Positions 37,298 to 45,923 of a DNA stretch of 60,743 nucleotides are shown one piece after another. The notes under the pieces are model-generated. The model made no database searches, was not told the origin of the DNA, and saw only the letters and a program-made list of their open reading frames with translations. How positions within the stretch are numbered: the stretch's first letter is position 1; every line of letters starts with the position of its first letter. Position numbers and translations under genes: made by a program. The DNA comes from a virus. Taxonomy: Duplodnaviria; Caudoviricetes. The stretch is from positions 1 through 60,743 of IMG/VR virus record IMGVR_UViG_3300037851_000839; one strand, given 5' to 3'.

Positions 37298-37520
37298 CGA
37301 CCGGCTCCTTGTCGAAGGGCAGGTCGAGCTGCTTCTTGTTCTTCCGCCTGCGCCTCCCACGCGCTCGGACACGCGCCGAGCTGGCTTTCTGGCTGACACG
37401 CTGACGGTCGGTGCGGTGCGCGCACGCCATCTCGTGCTCACGGAAGTTGCGAGCCTTGAACCCGTGATCCCAGAAGATGGGCCTGCCGCAGATGCGGCAA
37501 TCTCGGGTCGTCCTGTCCAC
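37287..37520 (-). CDS. Small C2HC Zn-finger basic protein
   Basis: CRICG...HEMAC. Confidence 0.5.
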   Translation of the reverse strand: MDRTTRDCRICGRPIFWDHGFKARNFREHEMACAHRTDRQRVSQKASSARVRARGRRRRKNKKQLDLPFDKEPVDES

Positions 37521-37564
37521 TTCCGGACAGCTCTAGCATGGCGCTCTTCACCATACAAGATGCG

Positions 37565-37635
37565 TTCGGGCGGCTGGGGTCGAACCAGCGTCTCCAGATC
37601 CAAAGGCCGGCGTCCTGCCGTTAGACGACACCCGA
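37565..37635 (-). tRNA. tRNA-Gln(TTG)
   Basis: Cloverleaf, loop CTTTGGA. Confidence 0.9.
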
Positions 37636-37636
37636 G

Positions 37637-37711
37637 CACCGCCGACCGGAGTTGAACCGGCGACCTCCTACTTGAAAGGTAGGCGACCCAACCACCAGGG
37701 TCTTCGGCGGC
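37637..37711 (-). tRNA. tRNA-Glu(TTC)
   Basis: Cloverleaf, loop CTTTCAA. Confidence 0.85.
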
Positions 37712-37736
37712 ATGACGACCGCCGTGACCCGTGCGG

Positions 37737-38081
37737 TCACCAGCGGTCGGAGTCTCGTTGCCGGCGGCGGTCGCGACGGTCGTCGTCTCGGTGACCGTCG
37801 TGGCGCTGGCCACGCCCGCCGGCAGGACGTTCTCGCTCGTGGGCCTCGTTGACGCGGATCGGACGGCCGGAGATCAGCGTGCCGTCGGCGACGGCGATGG
37901 CCTCCTTGGCCTTCTCCGGAGACTCCAGCTCGACGAAGCCGAAGCCACGCGCCTGACCGGTCTCCCGGTCGGTGACGATGGTCACCGTGCGCGGCGGATA
38001 GCCGAGGCCGACGAAGGCGTCGCGCAGATCGCGCTCGGTGGCGGTGTAGGACAGGTTCCCGATGAACAGACGAGAGGACAT
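37737..38081 (-). CDS. RRM RNA-binding protein
   Basis: RNP2 LFIGNL, RNP1 RGFGFVEL, IRVNEA. Confidence 0.93.
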   Translation of the reverse strand: MSSRLFIGNLSYTATERDLRDAFVGLGYPPRTVTIVTDRETGQARGFGFVELESPEKAKEAIAVADGTLISGRPIRVNEAHERERPAGGRGQRHDGHRDDDRRDRRRQRDSDRW

Positions 38082-38127
38082 GAGACGTTCATCCTAGCAC
38101 GTGAAGCCCGCGGAGGGACCTCGTCTT

Positions 38128-38733
38128 CTAGTACGTGAGCCCGGCGGCGTACCGGGCGTTCTTCCTTCGCTGCCTCGACCCGCCGTTTCCGCGGTTGCAC
38201 CCTCGGTGGGTCGGTGTCAACGCATGGCAGTTGCAGCACAGTAGTCTCAGGTTTTCCCTGGCGTTGTTGTCGCTGTCGCCGTCTACGTGGTCCAGTTCGA
38301 GCGGGATCGCCTCTCCCTGCCACTCCTCGTGGCCGCATCGCTGACACCTGACCCCGCACTCAGCGATCAAGATCGCCTTCCTGGTATGGTCTGTCCTGGC
38401 CTCGTCCAACGAGGCCACCTTGGCCTTGTGCTTCCCAGCGTTGATGCACACCTGGCAGAAGTGCAGCCACCGCCGATTCCGAGCCGGGACACCGCCGCAA
38501 GATCGACACTTCCACGGCGGTGGCTTAGAAGCGCCTCGCAACTTTGCTGCACAGGATCGGCTGCAACAGCGACTCCGTCGCTTCTCGAACGGCATCGCGT
38601 AGCCGCATTGGGCACACGTCTGCCCGCTCTGCGCAGTTCGCGCTTCGGCGGAGCGTGCCTCGTTCCGAGCCAGATGCAGATCTCTGGTCTTCTCCCAACC
38701 CAGCCTACCAGATTCGCTGTTGTTCAAAGCCAC
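38128..38733 (-). CDS. HNH endonuclease with Zn fingers
   Basis: CQRCG..W.G..IPLELDHVDG...NN..ENLRLLCCNCHALT; true start probably just after the tRNA-Thr. Confidence 0.88.
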   Translation of the reverse strand: MALNNSESGRLGWEKTRDLHLARNEARSAEARTAQSGQTCAQCGYAMPFEKRRSRCCSRSCAAKLRGASKPPPWKCRSCGGVPARNRRWLHFCQVCINAGKHKAKVASLDEARTDHTRKAILIAECGVRCQRCGHEEWQGEAIPLELDHVDGDSDNNARENLRLLCCNCHALTPTHRGCNRGNGGSRQRRKNARYAAGLTY

Positions 38734-38799
38734 CGCCCGGAATCGAACCGAGATCCCCTCAGTACGAAAGAGGGATACTTGCCTTTGTACTACGGTGGC
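38728..38799 (-). tRNA. tRNA-Thr(CGT)
   Basis: Cloverleaf, loop TTCGTAC. Confidence 0.85.
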
Positions 38800-38846
38800 A
38801 CCGTTATGTCAATCAGGTGCGTCGCTGTCTACGCTTCGCGGGCGGA

Positions 38847-38915
38847 AGCCGGCTACGGGGATCGAACCCGCTGTCCCGAGCTACAAGGACGGGATGCCCT
38901 CCATGGGCCGCCGGC
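38847..38915 (-). ncRNA. tRNA-like RNA with 11-nt anticodon loop, downstream of Ro60
   Basis: GCCGGC acceptor, GCGGG-TTCGATC-CCCGT T arm, TCCCG/CGGGA stem with loop TCCTTGTAGCT. Confidence 0.55.
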
Positions 38916-38951
38916 ATGGCCCCAGGGCCAGATGGCCCTGAGGGTTGAGGT

Positions 38952-40544
38952 TCAGAGGGTGACGGCCTCGACCTTCTTCATCCAGTGATCCCGACCGTTG
39001 CCGGCCGAGAACTCGGAGATGAGGGTGAAGACCTCATCGGAGAAGCCGCCGACGTTGAGGATGTCCTCGCGCGTCGGAGCCTGACGGGTGCCGTTCGGCG
39101 TGATGTCGATGCAGACCATCTTCGCATTCGGGCAGCGAGCGCGCAGCGCCTCCCACTCGACCATGGTCTGGGTGGGCGAACTGGTGAGGCCGGGGTACAG
39201 CGAAGTCGCGAAGCCCGGCCGGCTGTCCATCCACGACTCGTTGTCCGAGACGAAGACGGCCAGGTCGATCTTGGCCTTCTCGTGGTTCAGGTAGCGGAGC
39301 GGCGCCGAGCAGTTGGTGCCGCCGGAGCCGCACTTCGCGATCTTCTCGGCGATGGAGACGATCGAGTCGCGCGGGTTGATCCGCAGCCGGACCACGTCCT
39401 CCTTGAAGGGCAGCACGATGGCGTCCGGGTTCCGACGCATGAGCGTCGCGGCGACAAGCGCCGCCACGTCACGGCACTTGACCTTGGTGGTCGCGGTGCC
39501 GCGCGCCCCGGTGACCGGAGAGTCCATCGAGCCGGACACGTCCGGGAAGACGGCCAGGCGCCCCTGGACCTCGGGGACGTTCTTGGTCGCGATCTCCATC
39601 GCGTCCTGGAGCGCCGACTGGATCTCCATCGGGACCCCCTCGGTGTTCTGGTACGCGACGAGGAGCTGGTACGGGAAGACCCGCGCCCGCTCGATCGCCT
39701 TCTCGTCCCGGAGCTTGTCCGCGACGAACTTGACCATCTCGCGGTCGTCGAACACGCCGTGCCGCTGGAAGGTGTTCAGGTTCATCCTGACGGTCTGCCA
39801 GGACGCCTGACGCGCGACGGACGCCCACTGCTCCTTCGTGAGCTTCACGGAGGTGAGCATCTGGAACGGCACGTCCGGCACCGGACGCGACGGGTCCAGC
39901 TTCCACGCCTCGAACGCCTGAACCAGTTCGTCGAGCGTCGCCACGTCGTGCGGCTTGCCGATCAGGTAGGCATAGAGACCCTTCCGAGCGTCCGAAGACG
40001 GCTTCGGGTGGACCATCTTGACCACGTCCGCGAGGCTCGGGTCGTTGCCGACCGATCCGCGGAAGAGCTGTGCATCCGACCTCGCACCGAACCAGCCCTG
40101 GATGAGCTTCTTCGGAGCGGAACCGAGCGACTTCCGGCCAACCTTGCCCGACCGGAGGATCTGGACGAACGTCCTGAGCATCCTCGGGTTGTCGATCACG
40201 CGCGGGAACGCCACGCGCATCGCGGCGATACCGTCCTCACCGCGGGTCGCGAGATGGGCGACCAGAAGTGCCGGCGTATCCTTCATGAAGGCCGAACTGC
40301 GTCCGTAGATCGCGAGCTTCGCCAGGAACTCCGGTGAGCACTTCGCCGCCAGTTCCAGGATCTTGTCGAGCTGCTCCTCCGCCGAGGCGTAGAAGGTGGC
40401 TCCGAGGCATCCCGTGGTGACGTACTGGGCCAGCGCCTCCTGGGGCCCCGCCTCGTACGCGATCCCGCCCGCGCTGTTGATGGTGTTCGTGGCCGGCGGC
40501 GTACGCCCCGGCTTCGCCGACTTGAAGAGCTGCTTGTTGGCCAT
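38952..40544 (-). CDS. rsr: Ro60/TROVE domain RNA-binding protein (Rsr)
   Basis: N.AGG.AY, TG....TFY, MKDTPA, HPKP, RMNLNTF.R, RVFPYQL, vWA DVSGSM, GGTNC, SDNESW, VGGFSD. Confidence 0.95.
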   Translation of the reverse strand: MANKQLFKSAKPGRTPPATNTINSAGGIAYEAGPQEALAQYVTTGCLGATFYASAEEQLDKILELAAKCSPEFLAKLAIYGRSSAFMKDTPALLVAHLATRGEDGIAAMRVAFPRVIDNPRMLRTFVQILRSGKVGRKSLGSAPKKLIQGWFGARSDAQLFRGSVGNDPSLADVVKMVHPKPSSDARKGLYAYLIGKPHDVATLDELVQAFEAWKLDPSRPVPDVPFQMLTSVKLTKEQWASVARQASWQTVRMNLNTFQRHGVFDDREMVKFVADKLRDEKAIERARVFPYQLLVAYQNTEGVPMEIQSALQDAMEIATKNVPEVQGRLAVFPDVSGSMDSPVTGARGTATTKVKCRDVAALVAATLMRRNPDAIVLPFKEDVVRLRINPRDSIVSIAEKIAKCGSGGTNCSAPLRYLNHEKAKIDLAVFVSDNESWMDSRPGFATSLYPGLTSSPTQTMVEWEALRARCPNAKMVCIDITPNGTRQAPTREDILNVGGFSDEVFTLISEFSAGNGRDHWMKKVEAVTL

Positions 40545-40567
40545 AGTCCAACCTCCTGTATCAGCGC

Positions 40568-40595
40568 ATCTTGCGTGATGCGATGAGTTTGTCAA
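40568..40595 (-). promoter_or_regulatory. Promoter TTGACA-N16-CAAGAT upstream of Ro60
   Basis: Motif family. Confidence 0.55.
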
Positions 40596-40622
40596 CTACT
40601 GAACAGGAAGCCATTCCATGAG

Positions 40623-40694
40623 AGCGGCCAGCGGGAGTCGAACCCGCTTCGACCTCGTTGGCAACGAGGTGCCTTACCGTTCGGCCCTGACCGC
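40623..40694 (-). tRNA. tRNA-Gly(GCC)
   Basis: Cloverleaf, loop TTGCCAA. Confidence 0.88.
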
Positions 40695-40699
40695 GTGAG

Positions 40700-40784
40700 C
40701 GGAGGAAGGAGGTCCCGACCCCCATGCCCTTGCAGGCACCCTTCGGTTAGCAACCGAGGCCGGCCCCTGACCGGTTCTTCCTCC
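40700..40784 (-). tRNA. tRNA-Ser(GCT), atypical T loop
   Basis: Long variable arm, loop TTGCTAA, T region GGTCGGGAC. Confidence 0.8.
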
Positions 40785-41280
40785 TCTTGTCGTAGCACCG
40801 ACCACACATCCCCTTGGCGTAGTGCGGCCTCTCCGAGGTCCCGCACGAGACGCATCCTTCTGGCTTGGGTCCTCCGCGGCCCGGTCCGCCCCAGGCACCC
40901 TTGACCTCGGCCCTGATCCGCGCGCCGTCCGGCCTCGACCCGAGGAACGCGATGATGCGCTCCACGTCCTCTTCGTCGATCGACGTGTACCTCCGGTTCC
41001 GATGCTTGGCGACGTACGCGGAGGTCCGCTTCCCGATGACGATCCCGAGCGCGCGGGCGGCGCTCCGGATCTGGCTGCGCCCGTACCCAGTGGCCTCAGC
41101 CAAGCCGCACACGGTGAGCGTCCCCCTGGACGGGGCCCCGAGAGAGAGCTTCTTGGCTCTCTGGACGATGGCCATCGGCGTTCTTCCGTGCCGGCGCGCG
41201 ATGGTGTCCAGCGAGAACACGCCCCAGTCGAAGGCGAGCTGCCTGTCTTGCTCCTCGGTCCACGGTCGTCGCTTGATCAT
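40747..41280 (-). CDS. HTH DNA-binding protein with C-terminal Zn finger
   Basis: WTEEQD..L......IARRHGRT..AI..RA, CVSCG...HYAKGMCGRCY; ends inside tRNA-Ser(GCT). Confidence 0.7.
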   Translation of the reverse strand: MIKRRPWTEEQDRQLAFDWGVFSLDTIARRHGRTPMAIVQRAKKLSLGAPSRGTLTVCGLAEATGYGRSQIRSAARALGIVIGKRTSAYVAKHRNRRYTSIDEEDVERIIAFLGSRPDGARIRAEVKGAWGGPGRGGPKPEGCVSCGTSERPHYAKGMCGRCYDKRRKNRSGAGLGC

Positions 41281-41287
41281 CTCGTAG

Positions 41288-41373
41288 CGGAAGACGGAGG
41301 TCCCGACCCCCACACCCTTGCGGGTGCGTTCCGCTTTCGAGGCGGACCTGGCTCCCTGGCCAGTTCGTCTTCC
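41288..41373 (-). tRNA. tRNA-Ser(CGA), atypical T loop
   Basis: Loop CTCGAAA, long variable arm. Confidence 0.8.
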
Positions 41374-41375
41374 AA

Positions 41376-41460
41376 CGGAAACCGGAGGTCCCGACCCTCA
41401 GACCCTTGCGGGTCCCCGCTCGCTTCCAACGAGGGCTGGCCCCTGGCCAGTTCGGCTTCC
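41376..41460 (-). tRNA. tRNA-Ser(GGA), atypical T loop
   Basis: Loop TTGGAAG, long variable arm. Confidence 0.8.
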
Positions 41461-41464
41461 AGTG

Positions 41465-41548
41465 CGGAGAGAGGAGGTCTCGAACCTCAGCGCCGAAGCG
41501 CCCCTCCGCTTTCAAGGCGGTGCCGGCGTCCTAGCCGGTTCCCTCTCC
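41465..41548 (-). tRNA. tRNA-Ser(TGA)
   Basis: Loop CTTGAAA, long variable arm. Confidence 0.82.
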
Positions 41549-41698
41549 GTGCTTCATCTCCCGAAGCTCCACCGCCTCGACGCGGCCCCGCTTCGTCATG
41601 TTCCAGCTCTTGGCCTTGGCGGCCCCGTTCAGCTTCCACGGCTTGCAGAGCTTGCACGCAGCCCTCGCCGCCGGTGGCTTCCTCTTCTTGTGGTGCAT
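41531..41698 (-). CDS. Small basic CxxC peptide (55 aa, not in ORF track)
   Basis: GGAGG SD; MHHKKRKPPAARAACKLCKPWKLNG...; ends inside tRNA-Ser(TGA). Confidence 0.6.
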   Translation of the reverse strand: MHHKKRKPPAARAACKLCKPWKLNGAAKAKSWNMTKRGRVEAVELREMKHGEGTG

Positions 41699-41766
41699 GG
41701 TGTCCTCCTCGGACGCGGCGGCCAGCCGCGTCTACATGGAGGACTTCGATGGCGTCTGCATGACGT

Positions 41767-41910
41767 TCACCCGTGCTTCTTCGTGAGGTGGTACTGCCCG
41801 CACTGGTCGCACCGGTAGACCCGGAGCGCGGCGGCCAGGTGTCGCATGACACGCCTCGCGTGCTCCTTCGAGCCGTAGCAGTGCTTCCCTGTCTTGGTGC
41901 AGACCTTCAT
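41767..41910 (-). CDS. Small Zn-ribbon protein (47 aa)
   Basis: AGGAG SD; C..TGK.CY.S..HA...RVYRCDQCGQYHLT. Confidence 0.65.
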   Translation of the reverse strand: MKVCTKTGKHCYGSKEHARRVMRHLAAALRVYRCDQCGQYHLTKKHG

Positions 41911-41944
41911 GATGGACTCCTGTCGGGGAGGCCCATCGTACCAG

Positions 41945-42016
41945 TCGGGGTAGCCGGGATCGAACCGGCGACCTCTCGTCCCCCAGACGAGCGCGCTTCC
42001 GCTGCGCCATACCCCG
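41945..42016 (-). tRNA. tRNA-Pro(GGG)
   Basis: Cloverleaf, loop CTGGGGG. Confidence 0.9.
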
Positions 42017-42159
42017 AGAGATCGTTGCCCTGGGCTTTCCCGAACGACGCAGCGGACGCACGCCGCCTTCGCCGGTACTCGCCCAGGGCTGTCACACGCA
42101 GCGTCCCGCCCCACGATCCGAGGGCAGGTGCGGCACCTGGTTGCCCAGGTGCGGACTCG

Positions 42160-42696
42160 TCAGGACCCCTCTTCGAGGGCCCCGTTCCAGTAGAACCAGC
42201 TCGCCCACGCGTCGGGCATGTTGGTCAGCTCGAAGCGCATCGTCACCGCCGGCAGGTACACCGGCTTCACGGGCTTCTTGAGCAGCTTCATGCCGGCCTG
42301 CTCGGGCGTCCGGTCCCGCTTGCCCTCGTTGCATGGGTAGCACGCCATCACGATGTTCTCCCAGACCGTCTTGCCGCCCTGCGCGCGTGGCGTGACGTGG
42401 TCGTAGGTGAGCTTCGAGAGGGGGTGCTTCGTCCCGCAATACTGGCAGGTGAAGGCGTCCCGCGTGGCCACGTTGATGCGCGAGAACTTGACCATCTGCT
42501 TGCGCCCGCGCACGCGCGAGAGCAGGCGGACGACCGCCGGCATCTTGATGGAGATCGAGACGCTGCGGATGACCTCGTCCTCGTACTCCGACACGACCTC
42601 GACCTTGCCGTCGAAGATCATGTGGATCGCTCGCTGCCAAGAGACGATGCGGTGGGGCTGGTAGCCCTGATCCAGAACCAATGTTGACCTACTCAC
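42160..42696 (-). CDS. HNH endonuclease (McrA-like)
   Basis: AGGAGG SD; LVLDQGYQP, FSR.NV..RD..TCQYCG, LTYDHV.PR..GG...WENIV.AC..CN..K. Confidence 0.92.
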   Translation of the reverse strand: MSRSTLVLDQGYQPHRIVSWQRAIHMIFDGKVEVVSEYEDEVIRSVSISIKMPAVVRLLSRVRGRKQMVKFSRINVATRDAFTCQYCGTKHPLSKLTYDHVTPRAQGGKTVWENIVMACYPCNEGKRDRTPEQAGMKLLKKPVKPVYLPAVTMRFELTNMPDAWASWFYWNGALEEGS

Positions 42697-42723
42697 GGGA
42701 CTCCTCCTTTCTTCGCCAGTTAG

Positions 42724-42810
42724 TGCGAGCGGCGGGAATCGAACCCGCACGACCACGGAGGGGTCGCCTGATCTTGAGGCAGGTGTGTCTACCAGTTCCA
42801 CCACGCTCGC
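42724..42810 (-). tRNA. tRNA-Leu(CAA)
   Basis: Loop CTCAAGA, long variable arm. Confidence 0.88.
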
Positions 42811-42817
42811 GTTTCGA

Positions 42818-42900
42818 TGTCCAGGGAGGGAGTCGAACCCTCACGGTACGAAGACCACCGGCTTCTGAGACCGGCGCGGCTGCCATTACGCCACCTGGAC
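42818..42900 (-). tRNA. tRNA-Leu(CAG)
   Basis: Loop CTCAGAA. Confidence 0.9.
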
Positions 42901-42905
42901 GAACA

Positions 42906-42988
42906 TGCGGACGGAGGGAGTCGAACCCTCACGGTACAAAGACCACCAGCACCTCAAGCTGGCGCGGCTGCCATTACGCCACGTCCGC
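42906..42988 (-). tRNA. tRNA-Leu(GAG)
   Basis: Loop TTGAGGT. Confidence 0.9.
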
Positions 42989-42991
42989 GAA

Positions 42992-43122
42992 TCGATCTAC
43001 GACGGGAGGGGTCGTTCTGGGACAGAACCCACGGACACTGAGGACCATCGGCGCCGACGGCCCACTGCGCAGCGACCGGTTCCAGGCGTTGGCGCCTGGT
43101 GACCCCTCTCGTCGTAGATCGA
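42992..43122 (-). ncRNA. Unassigned structured RNA with 22-bp terminal stem
   Basis: TCGATCTACGACGAGAGGGGTC pairs with GACCCCTCCCGTCGTAGATCGA (one mismatch); internal hairpins. Confidence 0.55.
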
Positions 43123-43123
43123 G

Positions 43124-43195
43124 TACACGGGGTGGGGATCGAACCCACGGCCTGCGGTGTGTGGGACCGCCGCTCTTCCTCTGAGCTACCCGTGC
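43124..43195 (-). tRNA. tRNA-Val(CAC), C33
   Basis: Loop CCCACAC. Confidence 0.82.
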
Positions 43196-43240
43196 TCATC
43201 GAACTATCAATCCCGAACCGGATTGAGAGTTCGCTGATAG

Positions 43241-43312
43241 TCGGGGTGGTGGGGGTCGAACCCACGACCTCTCGGTCCCGAACCGAGCGCGCTTCCACTG
43301 CGCCACACCCCG
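43241..43312 (-). tRNA. tRNA-Pro(CGG)
   Basis: Loop TTCGGGA. Confidence 0.9.
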
Positions 43313-43415
43313 AGGTTCCTGGCGGATCGTACGCGGGTCGCCCCCAGCACGTTGTCTCCCACGGATGCCGCCAGGCTCACCCGTGCATTCGCCGGTCCCG
43401 AAGGACCGTCTGGAG

Positions 43416-43490
43416 TGGTGCCTGAGGAGGGACTCGAACCCCACGCGGCCGGGCTTATGATGCCCGCCGCCGCATCCCGCGGTCCCAGGC
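43416..43490 (-). tRNA. Atypical tRNA(CAT) (Met or Ile2), encoded CCA
   Basis: Loop ATCATAA, irregular D arm, ends ACCA. Confidence 0.65.
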
Positions 43491-43548
43491 GTTACATTGT
43501 CCGCGGTCGCCCCGTGTTCTCCTCTCGGAGGGTTCGGGACGCCGGGTA

Positions 43549-43623
43549 TTGCGAGAGGTTGGATTTGAACCAACGACCTCCGGCTTATGAGGCCGGCGAG
43601 CTACCAGACTGCTCCACTCCGCA
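43549..43623 (-). tRNA. tRNA-Met(CAT), initiator-like D and T arms
   Basis: GAGCAGTCTGGTAGCTCG, loop CTCATAA, TTCAAAT. Confidence 0.85.
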
Positions 43624-43658
43624 TCGTGATGCTGGCCCGAGATGGGCCAGCAGTCAAG

Positions 43659-45341
43659 TCACTCCCGTTCGAGCAGGCGCCGAAGGATCTTCGACTGCTG
43701 CTCCATCCGGCGGACCTCGTCGAGGACCGCCTTGCGGAGCCAGTCCTCGTCGCCCTTGCCGCTCTTCATGTAGGCCACGCGGTTGCGCATGGTCTTCACG
43801 ATGTTGTCGTACTCCTCGATGGCCTCCTCGATGTCGTCCGACCCGGCGAGGCGCGCTTCGATGATGGCCTCCTCCAGCGCCTCGACCTTCATCCGCGACT
43901 TCACCGCGCCGATGTGATCGGACTCGGTCTCGAAGTAGCGCTTGAGGATGATGTCGGCCATGTCGCGACCGGAGACGCGCACGACCGTGAGGTAGAAGAG
44001 CAGCGACGCGTTCTCCGGCACGGCCCGCACGGTCTTGCCGAGCTTCGGGCTGACCTTGGCGGTCATCATGAGCCACTTGTTGAACGCCTTGCGCGGGTTG
44101 CCAGCGATGGCGTCCTGGGCGAGATCGATCCGCTCGGCGCCGAACAGCTCGGCCAACTCCTCCTGGGAGAGGTCGTCGATGATCTGGCGCTGGCGCTTGA
44201 AGAGCGCCTGTTCCGGCTGCCAGTCGGCGCCCAGCTCCTTCTTGAAGAGCCCGAGAGCCTTCGAGCTGATCTTGAACCCACCCGGCTTGGCCTGCTCGTC
44301 CTCGCCCGGGAACGCGAGCGCGGCGTCGGTCTGCTGCGCCTCGTGCAGACCCGGACCCCTGCGCTCGTCGGACTCGAACGCACCGAGGTCGTAGGGCTTG
44401 CTGCCGTCGAGCGGCACCGCCCGGTCCTTGCCACGGGTGGAGGAACTGAGCCCCCACTTCTGGCCGGCGACCTTGACCGCGCTCCCGATGAGGCCGGCCT
44501 TCACGTTCGAGGGGATCTCGATCCCGAACTGCTTCTCGATGGCGGCCAGCTCCTCGCGGACCGTGTCCTCGATCGTCGGCTGGGCGGCGACGAGCTTGAC
44601 CAGCTTCTCGGCCGTCTCCGGGTCGATCTGGGTGAACCCGCTGGCGTTCATCGAACCGATCCGGCGACCGTCATCGACGGAGGACCAGCCCGGCTTGATG
44701 ATGAGCGCGTTCTTGTCCTTGCGGAACGCCCGCGCGATGCCGCCGTACCCCGAGAAGAGGCGGAACCTCCAGAGGTTGATGCCCATGAGAGCCTGGTTGA
44801 CCAGGAGGTTGTGCGGCGGCTTCCACCAGCCGTGACCCTTCTTGGTCTTCGTGAGCTTCTGGTTGAGGACCTCGACGCCGGCCTTGTCCTGGGCCCACTC
44901 GTCCTCGGGCTCGGCCGCTGGCTCGTAGTCCTCGTCGAGAGGAGCCGCGCCGTACCAGTAGTCGAAGCCCTCGGAGAGGTCGTCGTCGATCCCGAGCCCT
45001 TCGTGGATGGCATCGAACCCGAGCTGGTCGATGTCCTCCTTGCGCGCGAACTTCTCGGCGTCCTTGACGAAGTCCTCGGGCGACATCGTCCGGAGATCCG
45101 AGTGCAGCGACCTCGCTCCGTTCATGGAGTGGGCGTTGCCGAAGGTGTAGTAGACCGCCTGCGACTTGAACCAGAGGCGAACTTGACCGTCCGGCGACGT
45201 GGCGTGCGGGATCTTGAGGCTCCGGTCCGAGAGCTTCCAGCCGTCCTTCTGGAGCTTGTCGAGCACGGCGTTGCGCGCCGCAGCGAAGGTCGGCCCCTTC
45301 TCGGTCAGAAGGGCCTCGGAAAGCAGCGTGGCGATGCTCAT
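43659..45341 (-). CDS. Large multi-domain hypothetical protein, possible head-internal protein
   Basis: 560 aa; N-terminus LLSEALLTE and C-terminus RRLLERE. Confidence 0.6.
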   Translation of the reverse strand: MSIATLLSEALLTEKGPTFAAARNAVLDKLQKDGWKLSDRSLKIPHATSPDGQVRLWFKSQAVYYTFGNAHSMNGARSLHSDLRTMSPEDFVKDAEKFARKEDIDQLGFDAIHEGLGIDDDLSEGFDYWYGAAPLDEDYEPAAEPEDEWAQDKAGVEVLNQKLTKTKKGHGWWKPPHNLLVNQALMGINLWRFRLFSGYGGIARAFRKDKNALIIKPGWSSVDDGRRIGSMNASGFTQIDPETAEKLVKLVAAQPTIEDTVREELAAIEKQFGIEIPSNVKAGLIGSAVKVAGQKWGLSSSTRGKDRAVPLDGSKPYDLGAFESDERRGPGLHEAQQTDAALAFPGEDEQAKPGGFKISSKALGLFKKELGADWQPEQALFKRQRQIIDDLSQEELAELFGAERIDLAQDAIAGNPRKAFNKWLMMTAKVSPKLGKTVRAVPENASLLFYLTVVRVSGRDMADIILKRYFETESDHIGAVKSRMKVEALEEAIIEARLAGSDDIEEAIEEYDNIVKTMRNRVAYMKSGKGDEDWLRKAVLDEVRRMEQQSKILRRLLERE

Positions 45342-45343
45342 GG

Positions 45344-45865
45344 TCAGACCTGCTCGGCGTGGATGTGGATGTCGGGCAGCGAGCTGGCCGCCACCTGATC
45401 GGCGATGTTGGCCGCGAACTGGATCCAGGTGACCTCGCTGAGGAGCGTCGTGCGGTCGAAGTTCGACCACGGGTCGCCCGACGCCAGCCGGTACTGGAGG
45501 GTGATGCCCGCCTGCGCGACCAGCGGCAGCACGCTGGTGCCGGCCACGCCGGGCATGAACCCGCGCACCCCCTTGGTGCCGTCCACGGTGACCGGGACGA
45601 AGAACTGGATCGGGTCGAACTCGACCCTGTTCGTCCCGAGCGCGGCGATGGCCACGTCGATCGACTGGGTCGTCGGGTTCTCCGTGACCGCGCCGGACGT
45701 GGACGACGCCTTCGGCTGGCCGAGAACGATCTCCTGCTCGCGGGCGAGGTTCTGGATCCTCGTCTTCATCGCCGCCTTCGTGGCGGAGTCGAGGTTCGGA
45801 TCGAGGTCCACCGACCGCTGGAGGAGGGTCTGGAAGACGGCGAAGGTGGTGACCGTGCTGGCCAT
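45344..45865 (-). CDS. Hypothetical (possibly virion) protein
   Basis: AGGAGG SD; 173 aa. Confidence 0.6.
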   Translation of the reverse strand: MASTVTTFAVFQTLLQRSVDLDPNLDSATKAAMKTRIQNLAREQEIVLGQPKASSTSGAVTENPTTQSIDVAIAALGTNRVEFDPIQFFVPVTVDGTKGVRGFMPGVAGTSVLPLVAQAGITLQYRLASGDPWSNFDRTTLLSEVTWIQFAANIADQVAASSLPDIHIHAEQV

Positions 45866-45923
45866 GAAGTGGGCCTCCTGACGGGCGAGTGTAGGCCGAC
45901 CTCGCCGCCGGATCTACCTCTAG

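Noticed and set aside
37298-37813. N-terminal extension of the 849-aa ORF and other ORF-track calls running across tRNA genes
   Set aside because: They overlap tRNAs and other genes; the methyltransferase begins at MRAEILHGDC (37297)
41465-41548. Selenocysteine or opal suppressor tRNA
   Set aside because: The anticodon on the coding strand is TGA (Ser), not TCA
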